From assembly GCA_965363675.1 (NCBI GenBank), contig CBDTTW010000001.1, positions 1,836 through 65,835 of the forward strand: a stretch of DNA of 64,000 bases. Reading direction: 5' to 3'. The translations under genes were made by a program, and so were the position numbers. Shown here one piece after another: positions 46,681 to 56,367 of the stretch (its first letter is position 1; every line of letters begins with the position of its first letter). This DNA is from an uncultured Rhodothermaceae bacterium (GTDB lineage: Bacteria; Bacteroidota; Rhodothermia; Rhodothermales; DASSAV01). Below the pieces are notes generated by a model. The model searched no databases, was not told where the DNA came from, and was given only the letters and a program-made list of their open reading frames with translations.

Positions 46681-48216
46681 CTACGGGCGGAACGGGTTGC
46701 GGTTTTGCGCCCGCCCGAACGTCTCGGTGTCCCGGCGCAAACGGTCGCATTCCTCGCTGCGGACCATGTCCCAGGAGAAGCGCCACGCCCAGTTGTCCGT
46801 TCCCACGCCGGGCTTGTTCATGCGGCCCTCGGCGCCGAGGCCGAGCACGTCCTGGAAGGGGAGGATGACCGTTTCGGCCACCGACGCCATGAGCGTGTGG
46901 ATGAGCCCCCGGCGCAGAGCGGCGTCCGAGAGGTCCGGGGCGCCGGTGTAGGCGCGCACGTATTCGAGCACGTGCTGCTGCCCGGCGGCGCGGGCCCCGG
47001 CGAGCCAGCCGAGCGTGGTGTCGTTGTCGTGCGTGCCGGTGTAGGCCACGAGGTTGCGCTTGTAGTTGTGCGGCAGGTAGTTGTTGTCCACGCCGCTCTC
47101 GAAGGCGAAGTGCAGCACGGCCATGCCGGGAAAGTCGAACTGCGTCATGAGCTCGACGACGCCGGGCGTGATGAGCCCCAGGTCCTCGGCGATGAGGGGC
47201 AGGCGGCCCATGCGGCCGAACAGGACGGCGAATACGTCGGCGCCCGGGCCGGGCGTCCAGCGGCCGTTGATGGCGGTGTGCTCGGAGGCGGGGATCTCCC
47301 AGTACGCCTCGAAGGCGCGGAAGTGGTCCAGGCGCACCAGGTCTACCTGGCTGAGCACGCTCCGCAGGCGGCGTTCCCACCAGGCGTAGCCGTCCTCGCG
47401 CATGCGGTCCCAGCGGTAAATCGGGTTGCCCCAGCGCTGGCCGGTTTCGCTGAAGTAGTCCGGCGGCACGCCCGCTACGACGGTCGGGCAGCCCCGCTCG
47501 TCGAGGTAGAAAAGGTGCTGGTTGGCCCACACGTCGGCGCTGTCGTGGGCGACGTAGATCGGGATGTCGCCGAAGATCTGCACGGAGCGCTGGTTGGCGT
47601 ACTGCTTCAGCCGCCGCCATTGGCAGTCGAAGAGGTATTGCTGGAAGATGAGGCTGTGCACGTCGTACTCGTACTGCGCCGTCAGATTCCAGACGGCGTC
47701 GGGGGTGCGGCGCGCCGCCTCGCCGGGCCACTGCGTCCAGTCGTTTTCGCCGAGCTTGCCCTTGAGCGTCGTGAAGAGCGCATAGTCGAACAGCCAGTCG
47801 CGGTGCGCGTCGGTGTAGCGGCGGACTTCCTCGCGGCGCTCGTGCGAGGCGCCGTTCCGGAAGCGTTCGTAGGCGATTTGCAGCAGGCGCGTCTTGTGCG
47901 CAATCACCGACTCCCAGTCCACGACGCCCTCGGGGAGTTCAGGGTAGCCGGCCAAGTCCTCGGCGAGCAGAAAGCCTTCCTCGACGAGTTTGTCGGGGCT
48001 GATGAGCAGCGGGTTCGAGGCGAAGGTAGACGGGCTGGAGTACGGGGAGTAGCCGTGCCCCACCGGCACGAGCGGCAGCACCTGCCAAACGCGTTGCCCG
48101 GCTTCGCAGAGCAGATCCACAAAGCGGTAGGCTTCGTCGCCCATGTCGCCGATGCCGTAGCGGCCCGGCAGCGAGCTGATATGCAGCAGGACGCCGCTGA
48201 CGCGTGTCTGGGTCAT
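46681..48216 (-). CDS. malQ: 4-alpha-glucanotransferase (amylomaltase)
   Basis: Start re-picked at MTQTRVSGVLLHISSLPGRYGIGDMG (cat at 48214-48216). 'GDIPIYVAHDSADVW', 'VRLDHFR', 'IAEDLG' and 'YTGTHDNDT'. Confidence 0.93.
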   Translation of the reverse strand: MTQTRVSGVLLHISSLPGRYGIGDMGDEAYRFVDLLCEAGQRVWQVLPLVPVGHGYSPYSSPSTFASNPLLISPDKLVEEGFLLAEDLAGYPELPEGVVDWESVIAHKTRLLQIAYERFRNGASHERREEVRRYTDAHRDWLFDYALFTTLKGKLGENDWTQWPGEAARRTPDAVWNLTAQYEYDVHSLIFQQYLFDCQWRRLKQYANQRSVQIFGDIPIYVAHDSADVWANQHLFYLDERGCPTVVAGVPPDYFSETGQRWGNPIYRWDRMREDGYAWWERRLRSVLSQVDLVRLDHFRAFEAYWEIPASEHTAINGRWTPGPGADVFAVLFGRMGRLPLIAEDLGLITPGVVELMTQFDFPGMAVLHFAFESGVDNNYLPHNYKRNLVAYTGTHDNDTTLGWLAGARAAGQQHVLEYVRAYTGAPDLSDAALRRGLIHTLMASVAETVILPFQDVLGLGAEGRMNKPGVGTDNWAWRFSWDMVRSEECDRLRRDTETFGRAQNRNPFRP

Positions 48217-48462
48217 GATTTTCGTTGCGTGTGCTGAGGGGACGCCCTGCTCCGGAGCAGGCGTGCGGGCGCACAAACCTACGTCCAAACGACCGGGGTT
48301 AACATAGCCCTGCCTGCCATAAGCGCTTTTCTTCTACAAGACTTTTGCATCTTTGCCACGCAACGGCAGACAATGGGGCCCCCGGGGCGCAACATTCCCG
48401 GCGGGTATACGTCCTGTAACCGTTGACGCCGCGCCCCTCCTCACCCGAAGCCACCGCCGCCC

Positions 48463-49212
48463 ATGCAGGATTTGCTCGTTGACCTGACCGATGCCGACTA
48501 CCTTTTCCTTGTCCGGATCATCGAAGGGGGGGCGCATCTCAGCGACACGCGCGCGCTCCGGGAAGCCCTGGCGGCCTTCGAGGCGGCTCCCTCCGACGCG
48601 GCGCGGCGGGCGCTGTGCGCCGAGATCGAGGAGCACGTACGCTACCTCGGCAGCGCCGACCTGGCGTACTTCCTGCGCAAAACGACGGGGCGCACGCCGG
48701 GGGCGCCGTTCCGCGAGATCGTCGGCGACGTGGCGCGCGTGCTCAAGACGCCCCTGGAGCCGGGCCTGACCGACCGCGAGGCCGTCCGGAGGCTCGTGCA
48801 GCGCTACACCACGCGCACGTTCGGCAGCATGTCGGCGCAGGAGCAGCAGGATCTGCTCGTAGAGCTGGGCGTGGACCGCGAGCGCGCCCTGGCGTTCCTG
48901 GCCAAGTCGGCGGGGGCGTTTGCCTTGCCGGCCCTCATCCAGGCATTCGGCATGATCGTCGTGGACGGCCTCATCAAGCGGGTGATCTTCGGGGCCATCG
49001 CCCGGTTCGTGGGGCGGCGCGTGGCGGGCGAGCTGTTCCGGCTGGCGGCAGGGCGTTTCCCGTGGTGGCTGCGCTGGATCGGCCCGGCGGCGTGGTCGCT
49101 CTCGGCCGGGTGGGTCCTCCTGGACTTGCAGGGGCCTGCCGTGCGCAAAACGGCTCCCATCGTGCTTTACCTCGGCGTCTGCGCCCTCCGCGAGGACGGC
49201 GCGACCGCCTAG
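48463..49212 (+). CDS. YaaW-like (UPF0174) protein
   Basis: The layout resembles E. coli YaaW. The N-terminus is 'LTDADYLFLVRII', the middle is 'FREIVGDVARVLK' and 'MSAQEQQDLLVE', and the C-terminal half is hydrophobic and ends 'APIVLYLGVCALR'. Recognised from memory of YaaW, not a computed alignment. Confidence 0.5.
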   Translation: MQDLLVDLTDADYLFLVRIIEGGAHLSDTRALREALAAFEAAPSDAARRALCAEIEEHVRYLGSADLAYFLRKTTGRTPGAPFREIVGDVARVLKTPLEPGLTDREAVRRLVQRYTTRTFGSMSAQEQQDLLVELGVDRERALAFLAKSAGAFALPALIQAFGMIVVDGLIKRVIFGAIARFVGRRVAGELFRLAAGRFPWWLRWIGPAAWSLSAGWVLLDLQGPAVRKTAPIVLYLGVCALREDGATA

Positions 49213-50687
49213 CCGGCGGCAGCGGCGCGCGTCATGCGGTCGTAGAGCGCCGCCGCCAGGTCCACGGCCGCCGCCTCGGGCAAATCCGCGATGCGCGGGT
49301 GGTCGCGGCGGCTTTGCGCTCCGGCCAGGTCGATGGCGAGGGTGGCAAGGCCGAGGCGGCGCTGGAAATAGGTGCTGGTGCGGCTGAGCGTCTGAATTTT
49401 GCCCACGGGGATCACCCAGTAACGCTGGATGAGGCCGCCGCGCCGGATGTAGAGCAAATCGTCCGCCAGCTCCCATCCGTGCACGTGGTATTGGAGGCGC
49501 GCCAGCAGGAGCAGGAGCGGAAGCGCCGCGAGGCCCCAGAGCGTGAAACCCCAGTAGTGCGCGCCCGCCGCGAGCGGCAGGCACAGCAGCGCGCCGTAGC
49601 GCACCGAGAGGCGGCGCCGGTGCAGCGACGAGACGGCCCGGAGCGCCGGCGGCAACGTAAACGCGAGGACGTGCGGCGCGGCGGCGGCGGCCTCGGCGGG
49701 GCGCGCAAACGGCAGGAGCGGCTGCCGGCCGCTGCCCTCGGCCTTGATGCCCATCATCTGCACCTCCACGCGCGTCCAGCCGAAGCGGCGCATGACGGGG
49801 TTGGTGCGCAGCATCAGGGCCTGCACCCGGTGCACCGGGATGACGCCGGACCACCGCGTCAGCAGGCCGTGGCTTTTGTGCAGCTTGCCCTCGCGCAGCA
49901 CGAGCCGGAAGCCGAAATAGCGGTTGAGTTGAAGGGCGATGCCCGTCAGCCAGGAGAGAAGCGCCGCGACGGCCAGCACGGTCGCCCCGGCCAGCACCGG
50001 CGCCGCAGCGGCCATCTCGGAGAGCGGCCCCAGCCTCCCCTCGGCGATGGCGGCGGCCACGTCTTCCACGTCGAGCCCCAGATAGTCGAGCGAAGAGACG
50101 GCGAGGACGATGTACAACAGCGAAAAACGAAACATGCCCGAGAGGAGCACGCGCCCCAAGTCCATGCGGAAAAGCTCGGTTTCGGCGGCGACCGGGAGGG
50201 CGCCCCCGGCGGCCTCGGAAGGGCGCGCGGCCCCGGCGGCGTGCGCCGCCACGAGGGCGCGGATGCGTTGGGCCTCCGCCAGCGAGACCAGTTCGAGCAT
50301 TCCCTCCGGTTTGCCGCCGCTCGCCGTTTCGATCTTGACGCGCGCCGTCCCCGTCAGGCGCGCGATGAGTTGCTGTTCGATCTCGACGTTGTTGATGCGC
50401 TCGATGGGGATGCTGCGCACGCGGCGGTTCAGCACGCCGCTTTCGATGATGATTTCGCGGTCGGTGATGCGGTAGCGGAACTGGAGGTACTGCGCCATGA
50501 TGAGGGGCAGCGCCACCAGGGCGTAAAGGCCCAGCACCGCCAGGCTCCCGAGGCTCCGGCCGTCGCCGCCGGTGCGCCACGCCTGCACGAGCAGCAGCGC
50601 CACGCCCGGCAGGCTCACGAGGATGCGCTGCAAAAAGGTCATCGGGTGCAGCCGGAGGCGGACGGCCGTGGGCTCCGGCGCGTTCAT
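49209..50687 (-). CDS. YdbT-like membrane protein with three bacterial PH (bPH_2/DUF304) domains
   Basis: Start re-picked at MNAPEPT, overlapping the upstream stop as ATGA at 50684-50687. Three repeats each have two TM helices plus a core such as 'Y.ITDREIIIESGVLNRRVRSIPIERI'. Confidence 0.8.
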   Translation of the reverse strand: MNAPEPTAVRLRLHPMTFLQRILVSLPGVALLLVQAWRTGGDGRSLGSLAVLGLYALVALPLIMAQYLQFRYRITDREIIIESGVLNRRVRSIPIERINNVEIEQQLIARLTGTARVKIETASGGKPEGMLELVSLAEAQRIRALVAAHAAGAARPSEAAGGALPVAAETELFRMDLGRVLLSGMFRFSLLYIVLAVSSLDYLGLDVEDVAAAIAEGRLGPLSEMAAAAPVLAGATVLAVAALLSWLTGIALQLNRYFGFRLVLREGKLHKSHGLLTRWSGVIPVHRVQALMLRTNPVMRRFGWTRVEVQMMGIKAEGSGRQPLLPFARPAEAAAAAPHVLAFTLPPALRAVSSLHRRRLSVRYGALLCLPLAAGAHYWGFTLWGLAALPLLLLLARLQYHVHGWELADDLLYIRRGGLIQRYWVIPVGKIQTLSRTSTYFQRRLGLATLAIDLAGAQSRRDHPRIADLPEAAAVDLAAALYDRMTRAAAAG

Positions 50688-51175
50688 GCGGGCTCCTCGC
50701 CGAGGATGCGTTCCTTGATGACATCGCGCAGGCGGCGCGCCTCGTCGATGGGAAGTCCGGGCACGACCACCTCGCTGCCGTGCGAGCCCGACGTGTGCAA
50801 AATCAGCTTGCCCAGCTCGAATTCGCGTTCGAGCAGGCTTTGCGACACGTCGAGATGCTGCACCCGCCGCAGCGGCACAATCGTCCAGACGTGCGAGAAG
50901 ACGCCGCGCTCCAGCACGAGTTCGTCGGGCAGCAGCGCGTACCCCCAGCGCCGGTAGCGCAGGCCGGGCCATACGAAAATGAAGAACAGCGCGGCGCCGA
51001 CCAGCACGGCCGTAGCCAGTCCGGCCGGGGGGAACCCTTCGGCGCCGCGAAACAGGCGCGCCGCGTCGTAGAGCGCCGCCGCCAGCGCCAGGGGCGAGAG
51101 CCAGAGCGCAAGGCCCACCTGCCAGAGGCGCCGTACGGTAGGGTGCAGGGGCGAGAGTTCGGGCAGTGCGTTCAT
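50684..51175 (-). CDS. YdbS-like membrane protein with a single bPH domain
   Basis: Start re-picked at MNALPELSPLHP, overlapping the murJ stop as ATGA at 51172-51175. 'YALLPDELVLERGVFSHVWTIVPLRRVQHLDVSQSLLEREFELGKLILHTSG'. Confidence 0.8.
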   Translation of the reverse strand: MNALPELSPLHPTVRRLWQVGLALWLSPLALAAALYDAARLFRGAEGFPPAGLATAVLVGAALFFIFVWPGLRYRRWGYALLPDELVLERGVFSHVWTIVPLRRVQHLDVSQSLLEREFELGKLILHTSGSHGSEVVVPGLPIDEARRLRDVIKERILGEEPA

Positions 51176-52860
51176 GGTTTCGGTCCGCGCAGCCGGCGGG
51201 TGATCTGCCCCAGCCAGGCGTCGATCTCCTGCATGCCCAGGCGGCGCGCCCCGGCCAGGTAGAGCGCTGCGAACAAGCCGCCCACGAGGGCCGCCGCAGC
51301 TAAGATAGGCAGCCCGCGCGCGGCGTACCACAGGCCGAAGGCCGGGACGAGGCAGGCCGAGGCCAGCCCGAACATGCGCGCCGTGCGGTTCCAGCGGATG
51401 CGGAAGTCCGGCATGGCGCGGCGCAGGTAGCGGTGCAGCAGGATGAGTTCGACCCATGCGCCCAGCACCGAGCCTACGGCCAGGCCCACGCCGCCCAGAA
51501 AAAGCGCCTCGCCGGCGGCGGGGATCGGCGCGACATCGGCCACCCGGACGCGGTCGAGCAGGAACATGGCCGGCACGGCCACGAGGGCCGACAGCACGAC
51601 GCGCACGACGGCGATTTTGGCGGGCGTGCGGGTGTCGCGCAGGGCATAGCAAGCGTTCTGAAGCAGGCGCGAGGCCGTCGTCGCGATGAGGCCGAGGGTG
51701 TAACCCGCCAGCACGAAGTACACGAGCCAGTTGTTGGCCGCGTTGAAGCTGCCCGTGCGGTAGAGCGCCCCCACGATCAGGTAGCCGAGCCCCAGGTAGC
51801 CGACCGTCGTGGGGACCGTCAGGAACATGACCTGCCGCAGCGAACGGTCGAGGCGCGCGACGAACGGCTTCCAGTCGTCGTCGGTGATGCGCGAAAGCTC
51901 GGGCAGTTCGGAGGCCGCCACCGACATGCCGAACAGGCTGATCGGCAGCACGTAGAGGAGCTGCGCGTACAGGATGGCCGAGACGGCGCCGACGGCCAGG
52001 AACGAGGCCAGAAACTGATCGAGGTACGCCGACACCTGGTATACCCCGCGCCCGGCGACCACCGGCCCGAAGGCTCGGACGGCGCTGCGCACCCCGGGGA
52101 TGCGGGCCGAGTAGCCTATCCGAAAGCCGCGCAGCACGGCGGCTACGCCCGGAAGCTGCACGCCGAGTTGCAGCACCCCGCCGGCAAGCGCGCCCCAGCA
52201 CGCCGCCATGAGCAGATCGTTCAGGCCCGCCGTCGTGGCGCCGCCGGCGATGAACAGGCGCGCGCCGATGAAAAAGGCGACGATAATGGCGGCGTTCCAA
52301 GCCACCGGGGCGATATAGGGCAGCAGAAACTTGCGGTGGCTGTTGAGCACGCCCAGCGCCCAGGCCGAAAGCACCAGCACGCCCGTCATCGGGAAGATGA
52401 TGCGCACCGCCTGCACCGTCAGCTCGAAGCGGTTGACGGCCATCGTCCCGGCGGCCACGGCTTCGGCGTCGCCGATCCAGCCGGGCTGGAACAGCAGCAC
52501 GATAGGCCGCGCCAGCAGCACGCCCGCCAGGGCGAACAAGGCCGCCGCGATGAGCAGTAGGGTGAAGATGGCCCCGGCGAAGCGCCCGGCTTCCTCCTCG
52601 CGGCCTTCCTCCAGCATGCGGCTGTAAATGGGGATGAAAGCGGCCGAGATGGTGCCTTCGCCGAGGAGGTTTTGCAGCAGGTTGGGGCCGCGCAAAGCCG
52701 CCTGAAACACATCCGCATGCGCGCCGACGCCGAAGAAGTGCGCCACCGCGCGCTGGCGCAGCAGCCCTACGATACGGCTGGAGAAGATGCCTGCGGCAAT
52801 CTTCAGCGCGGAACTGGAGGCGGAAGCGCGCGCGGCAGGGTCAGGGTTGGCAGGGCTCAT
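51172..52860 (-). CDS. murJ: Lipid II flippase MurJ
   Basis: 'FSSRIVGLLRQRAVAHFFG.GAHADVFQAALR.PNLLQNLLGEGTISAAFIPIYS', multi-pass and about 560 aa. Start re-picked at MSPANPD (52860). Confidence 0.92.
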   Translation of the reverse strand: MSPANPDPAARASASSSALKIAAGIFSSRIVGLLRQRAVAHFFGVGAHADVFQAALRGPNLLQNLLGEGTISAAFIPIYSRMLEEGREEEAGRFAGAIFTLLLIAAALFALAGVLLARPIVLLFQPGWIGDAEAVAAGTMAVNRFELTVQAVRIIFPMTGVLVLSAWALGVLNSHRKFLLPYIAPVAWNAAIIVAFFIGARLFIAGGATTAGLNDLLMAACWGALAGGVLQLGVQLPGVAAVLRGFRIGYSARIPGVRSAVRAFGPVVAGRGVYQVSAYLDQFLASFLAVGAVSAILYAQLLYVLPISLFGMSVAASELPELSRITDDDWKPFVARLDRSLRQVMFLTVPTTVGYLGLGYLIVGALYRTGSFNAANNWLVYFVLAGYTLGLIATTASRLLQNACYALRDTRTPAKIAVVRVVLSALVAVPAMFLLDRVRVADVAPIPAAGEALFLGGVGLAVGSVLGAWVELILLHRYLRRAMPDFRIRWNRTARMFGLASACLVPAFGLWYAARGLPILAAAALVGGLFAALYLAGARRLGMQEIDAWLGQITRRLRGPKP

Positions 52861-52975
52861 ACGGAGTGCAAGTGCGCCGAAAGACCCGGCAAGATCGGGC
52901 TTCGCGCGACCGATCGGCCGGGCGGAGCGAAAAACTTCCACGATCCGAACAGGATCGGACGCGCGGCGGCCTTCT

Positions 52976-55483
52976 TTAGTCCGTCCGCTCGGGCGCGGGG
53001 ATGACGAGCGTAGCCGTGACGCCTTCGTCCGGGTAGCTGCGCAGTTGGAGCAGGTCGGCGCGCCCGTACAGCTCCTTCAGGCGCCCGGCCACGTTGCGCA
53101 GCCCGATGCCGTAGAAGCTGTGCGGATCGCCGCTAAAAGCATCGCCGCCAAAGAGTTGCGGAATGCCCGCGCCCGTATCCTCTACTTCTACCTGAACCGC
53201 GCCGTCGGCGCGGCGGGCGCAGCGGATCGAGACGCGCCCGCCCTGCCGCTTGCGCTCCAGGCCATGCTTGACGGCGTTCTCGACGAGCGTCTGCACGGAG
53301 AAAGCGGGCACGAGCGCCGCGCGCAGCTCGGGCGGGAAGTCCACGACGACTTCGAGCTTATCGCCGAAGCGGGCCTGCTCGATTTGCAGGTAGTGCCCGA
53401 CCAGTCGCAGCTCTTCCTCCAGCGTCACGTAGGCGCCGCTGCCCACCTGGAGCACCTGCCGGAAGATGCCCGCCAGGTGCTCGACGACCTTCTCGGCCTG
53501 ATCCGGGCGCTCCGAGATGAGCGAGACGATGGTGTTGAGGGCGTTGAACAGAAAGTGCGGGTTGATCTGCGCGCGCAGCGCCATCAGTTGGGCCTCGGCG
53601 CTTTCGCGGATGAGCGTGCGCTCGCGCTCGATAAGGGCCAGGCGTTCGACGGCAAGGGCGAGCTGGCTCGTCAGCGAGCGCAGCAGTTCTACGTCCTCCA
53701 GGTTGTAGACGGCGCGAATGCGACGCTTCGGGCCGAGCACGATGAGCCCGATCGGCCGCGCCTCGCCGACGATGGGGGCGGCGATGACGCCCTCGCGGCG
53801 CTGCAACTGCTCCACGGCATCGGCGGGCAAGTCGCCCTCGTTGAGTTCCGGGTTGAGCGCCCAGATGCGGCCGTCGGCGCTGAAGAACGGCCAGATGCGG
53901 CCGAACACGCGCTCGTTGAGCCGGTGGTTCACGGTGGGGTAGGCGGCCACGCACGGGCCGGCCTCCGGGTGGTTGTGAATCATGACGGCGCACCAGCGCG
54001 CCCCGAAAGCAAGGGCGCAGGCGCGGGCCGTCTGCTGCGCCAGCGCTTCCACGTCCATGATGGAGCGCACCGTCTTGATGAAGCCGTTGAGCTTCTGCCG
54101 CGTCTTCTGGCGCTCCGTCACGAAGAACGTGGCGCTGTAGGCCCGCATCCGCCGCGCCACGCGCTCGAAGACGAGCAGCAGCACCACCACGTAGGCGCCC
54201 ATCGAAAGGTTGCGCGGCAAATCGGCCCGCCGCAAGAGCGGTTCCAGGAGCCACGCGCCGACGACGTAGGCCAGGAAGATGAGCGCCAGCACGGTGATGT
54301 AGGTCAGGCTGCGGCGAATCATCTCGTCGAGCTTGCCGTGCTTGAGCGTGGCCGCCGAGACGAGCAGCACCGGCGCCAGCGCCAGCAGTTGCACCGCCAC
54401 GACCAGCCAGCCCGCCACCACGTCCGTCACGACGCCGCGCGTAGGGATGATGCCCAGCACGAACAGGGCGAACAGCACCGACACGGCGAGCGTGGCGATG
54501 CTGCCGGGGCGGTTCCAGCTTCCCGCAAGCGGGTTGGCATGGGCGCCCTCGCCGCTGCGCAGGATGACGCACCCGGCCGAGGCGGCGATGTAGCAGGTGG
54601 CGTAGAACAGGTTGGGGGCCATCAGGCTGTCGAGCGTGATCGGCCCTACGTCGCCGTAGAGAGCGGTCATGCACAGCGCGACGCCCAGCACGACCGGGGG
54701 GAAGAACGTAAACAGCAGCCCGGCGCGCGGCAGGTTCTTCGGCGGCGGGGCGCCCTGCAACAGCTTGTAGAACAGCAAAGCCGGGAAGGCCAGCCAGCCG
54801 ATCAGCCCCAGCAGCGAGAGCGCCTTGAGCAGGCCGTCGTGCGTGCTGCCGACCACGAGCGCCGGGCCGCCCAACTCGATGATGAGCAGCCGGGCTTTCG
54901 TCATGAACACCCACAGCAGCGACACCACGATCAATAGCAGCGCATACCGCGCCTGGCTGCTGCGCCGGGCAAGCGGGATCACGACGACGAGGGCGAGCAG
55001 GTGCACGTAGGCCGCCGCGATGAACGCCCAGATGGAGAACTGCCACAGGCTCGCGGAGAGCGGATACAGAAAGCTCGGGTAGCGCGTAATGGCGACGGGA
55101 ATGCTGATGAGCTTTCCGGCGCGCTGGACCGTGTAGACGCCCTGCGATCCCGGCCGCATGCCCTCGATGGCGTGCAGCACGTCCTCCGCCATGAAGTACT
55201 GGTGGTAGTCGAGTTCGTAGAGCACGTCGCCCGGCTGAAGCCCCGCCTGGGCGGCGGAGCCTCGCGGAAACACGTAAGTCGCCGTGATCTGCCCGTTCAC
55301 GTCCTCCCAGCGCACCCAGTCGAAGCCTCGGCTCGTGCGGGGCAGCGTCTGAATGCCCATGACGCCGTGCACCTCCGCCCAGTCGGCGACGAGCCGGGCC
55401 AGGGGGGCCAGCGAGAGCAGCGGCGCCGCTACGACCAGCAGCCGGATGAGGAGCAAACGTCGATGTTCGGAGAGCAGGGGCAT
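52976..55483 (-). CDS. LytS/YehU-type sensor histidine kinase with an N-terminal extracytoplasmic PDZ-like domain, a multi-pass membrane region and a GAF-like domain
   Basis: Start re-picked at MPLLSEHRR (cat at 55481-55483). The PDZ-like segment is 'PRGSAAQAGLQPGDVLYELD'. The His_kinase box is 'LRAQINPHFLFNALNTI'. HATPase motifs are 'LVENAVKHG', 'VEDTGAGI' and 'GIGLRNV'. Confidence 0.85.
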   Translation of the reverse strand: MPLLSEHRRLLLIRLLVVAAPLLSLAPLARLVADWAEVHGVMGIQTLPRTSRGFDWVRWEDVNGQITATYVFPRGSAAQAGLQPGDVLYELDYHQYFMAEDVLHAIEGMRPGSQGVYTVQRAGKLISIPVAITRYPSFLYPLSASLWQFSIWAFIAAAYVHLLALVVVIPLARRSSQARYALLLIVVSLLWVFMTKARLLIIELGGPALVVGSTHDGLLKALSLLGLIGWLAFPALLFYKLLQGAPPPKNLPRAGLLFTFFPPVVLGVALCMTALYGDVGPITLDSLMAPNLFYATCYIAASAGCVILRSGEGAHANPLAGSWNRPGSIATLAVSVLFALFVLGIIPTRGVVTDVVAGWLVVAVQLLALAPVLLVSAATLKHGKLDEMIRRSLTYITVLALIFLAYVVGAWLLEPLLRRADLPRNLSMGAYVVVLLLVFERVARRMRAYSATFFVTERQKTRQKLNGFIKTVRSIMDVEALAQQTARACALAFGARWCAVMIHNHPEAGPCVAAYPTVNHRLNERVFGRIWPFFSADGRIWALNPELNEGDLPADAVEQLQRREGVIAAPIVGEARPIGLIVLGPKRRIRAVYNLEDVELLRSLTSQLALAVERLALIERERTLIRESAEAQLMALRAQINPHFLFNALNTIVSLISERPDQAEKVVEHLAGIFRQVLQVGSGAYVTLEEELRLVGHYLQIEQARFGDKLEVVVDFPPELRAALVPAFSVQTLVENAVKHGLERKRQGGRVSIRCARRADGAVQVEVEDTGAGIPQLFGGDAFSGDPHSFYGIGLRNVAGRLKELYGRADLLQLRSYPDEGVTATLVIPAPERTD

Positions 55484-55533
55484 GGCCGGGGCGCTGTTCG
55501 GACAGTAACTTACGCCACCCTGCTTCCGAAACA

Positions 55534-56343
55534 ATGCCAATCGCGCCGGCTTCCATGTACATCGACACGCACGCCCACGTATACCTCGGCAAGTTCGCGC
55601 CCGACTACGAGGCCGTGCTGGACCGGGCCGCCGCCGCCGGGGTGCGTACGATCCTCATGCCGGCCATCGACGCGGCTTCGGCGGAGCAGGCCCTTGGGCT
55701 CTGCGGCGTGCATCGGGGCGTGACGCTCCGGGCCATGGCGGCCCTGCACCCCTCGGAAACGCGCGACGCGACGGAGGCGGACATGCAGCGGATCGCCGCG
55801 CTGTGCCGGGACCCGCGCGTCGTCGCCGTCGGCGAGTCGGGGCTGGATTACTACTGGGACCGCTCGTTCACCGACGAGCAGCACCGCTTTCTGCGGGCGC
55901 ATATCGCGCTGGCCGTCGAGACGGGCCTGCCGCTCGTGCTGCACAACCGGGACGCCTCGGACGACCTCATCCGCATCGTCGGGGAGGCGAGCGCCGCGAC
56001 GGGGGGACGGCTTACGGGGGTGTTCCACTGCTTCGGGGGCGACCTGGAGACGGCGCGCCGCATCCTCGACCTCGGCTTTTACCTCGGCATCGGCGGCACG
56101 GTCACCTTCAAGAACGCCGGCGTGGACCGCGTCGTAGCGGAACTCCCGCTGGAGCGGCTGCTGCTGGAGACCGACGCGCCGTACCTGGCCCCCGCGCCGC
56201 ACCGGGGCAAGCGCAACGAGCCGGCCTACATCCCGCTCATCGCACAGCGCATCGCGGAGGCGCAAGGCGTTGAGGTGGAACAGGTTGCCCGCGTCACCTC
56301 GCGCAATGCGCGAGCGCTGTTCCGGCTTCCGGAGGCCGCCTGA
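55534..56343 (+). CDS. tatD: TatD-family metal-dependent hydrolase
   Basis: 'YIDTHAHV', 'GESGLDYYW', 'LPLVLHNRDA' and 'LLLETDAPYL.P.P.RGKRNEPAY'. An alternative start is MYID at 55555. Confidence 0.9.
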   Translation: MPIAPASMYIDTHAHVYLGKFAPDYEAVLDRAAAAGVRTILMPAIDAASAEQALGLCGVHRGVTLRAMAALHPSETRDATEADMQRIAALCRDPRVVAVGESGLDYYWDRSFTDEQHRFLRAHIALAVETGLPLVLHNRDASDDLIRIVGEASAATGGRLTGVFHCFGGDLETARRILDLGFYLGIGGTVTFKNAGVDRVVAELPLERLLLETDAPYLAPAPHRGKRNEPAYIPLIAQRIAEAQGVEVEQVARVTSRNARALFRLPEAA

Positions 56344-56367
56344 GGCCGCCCCGGCAAGGGCGCGCCC

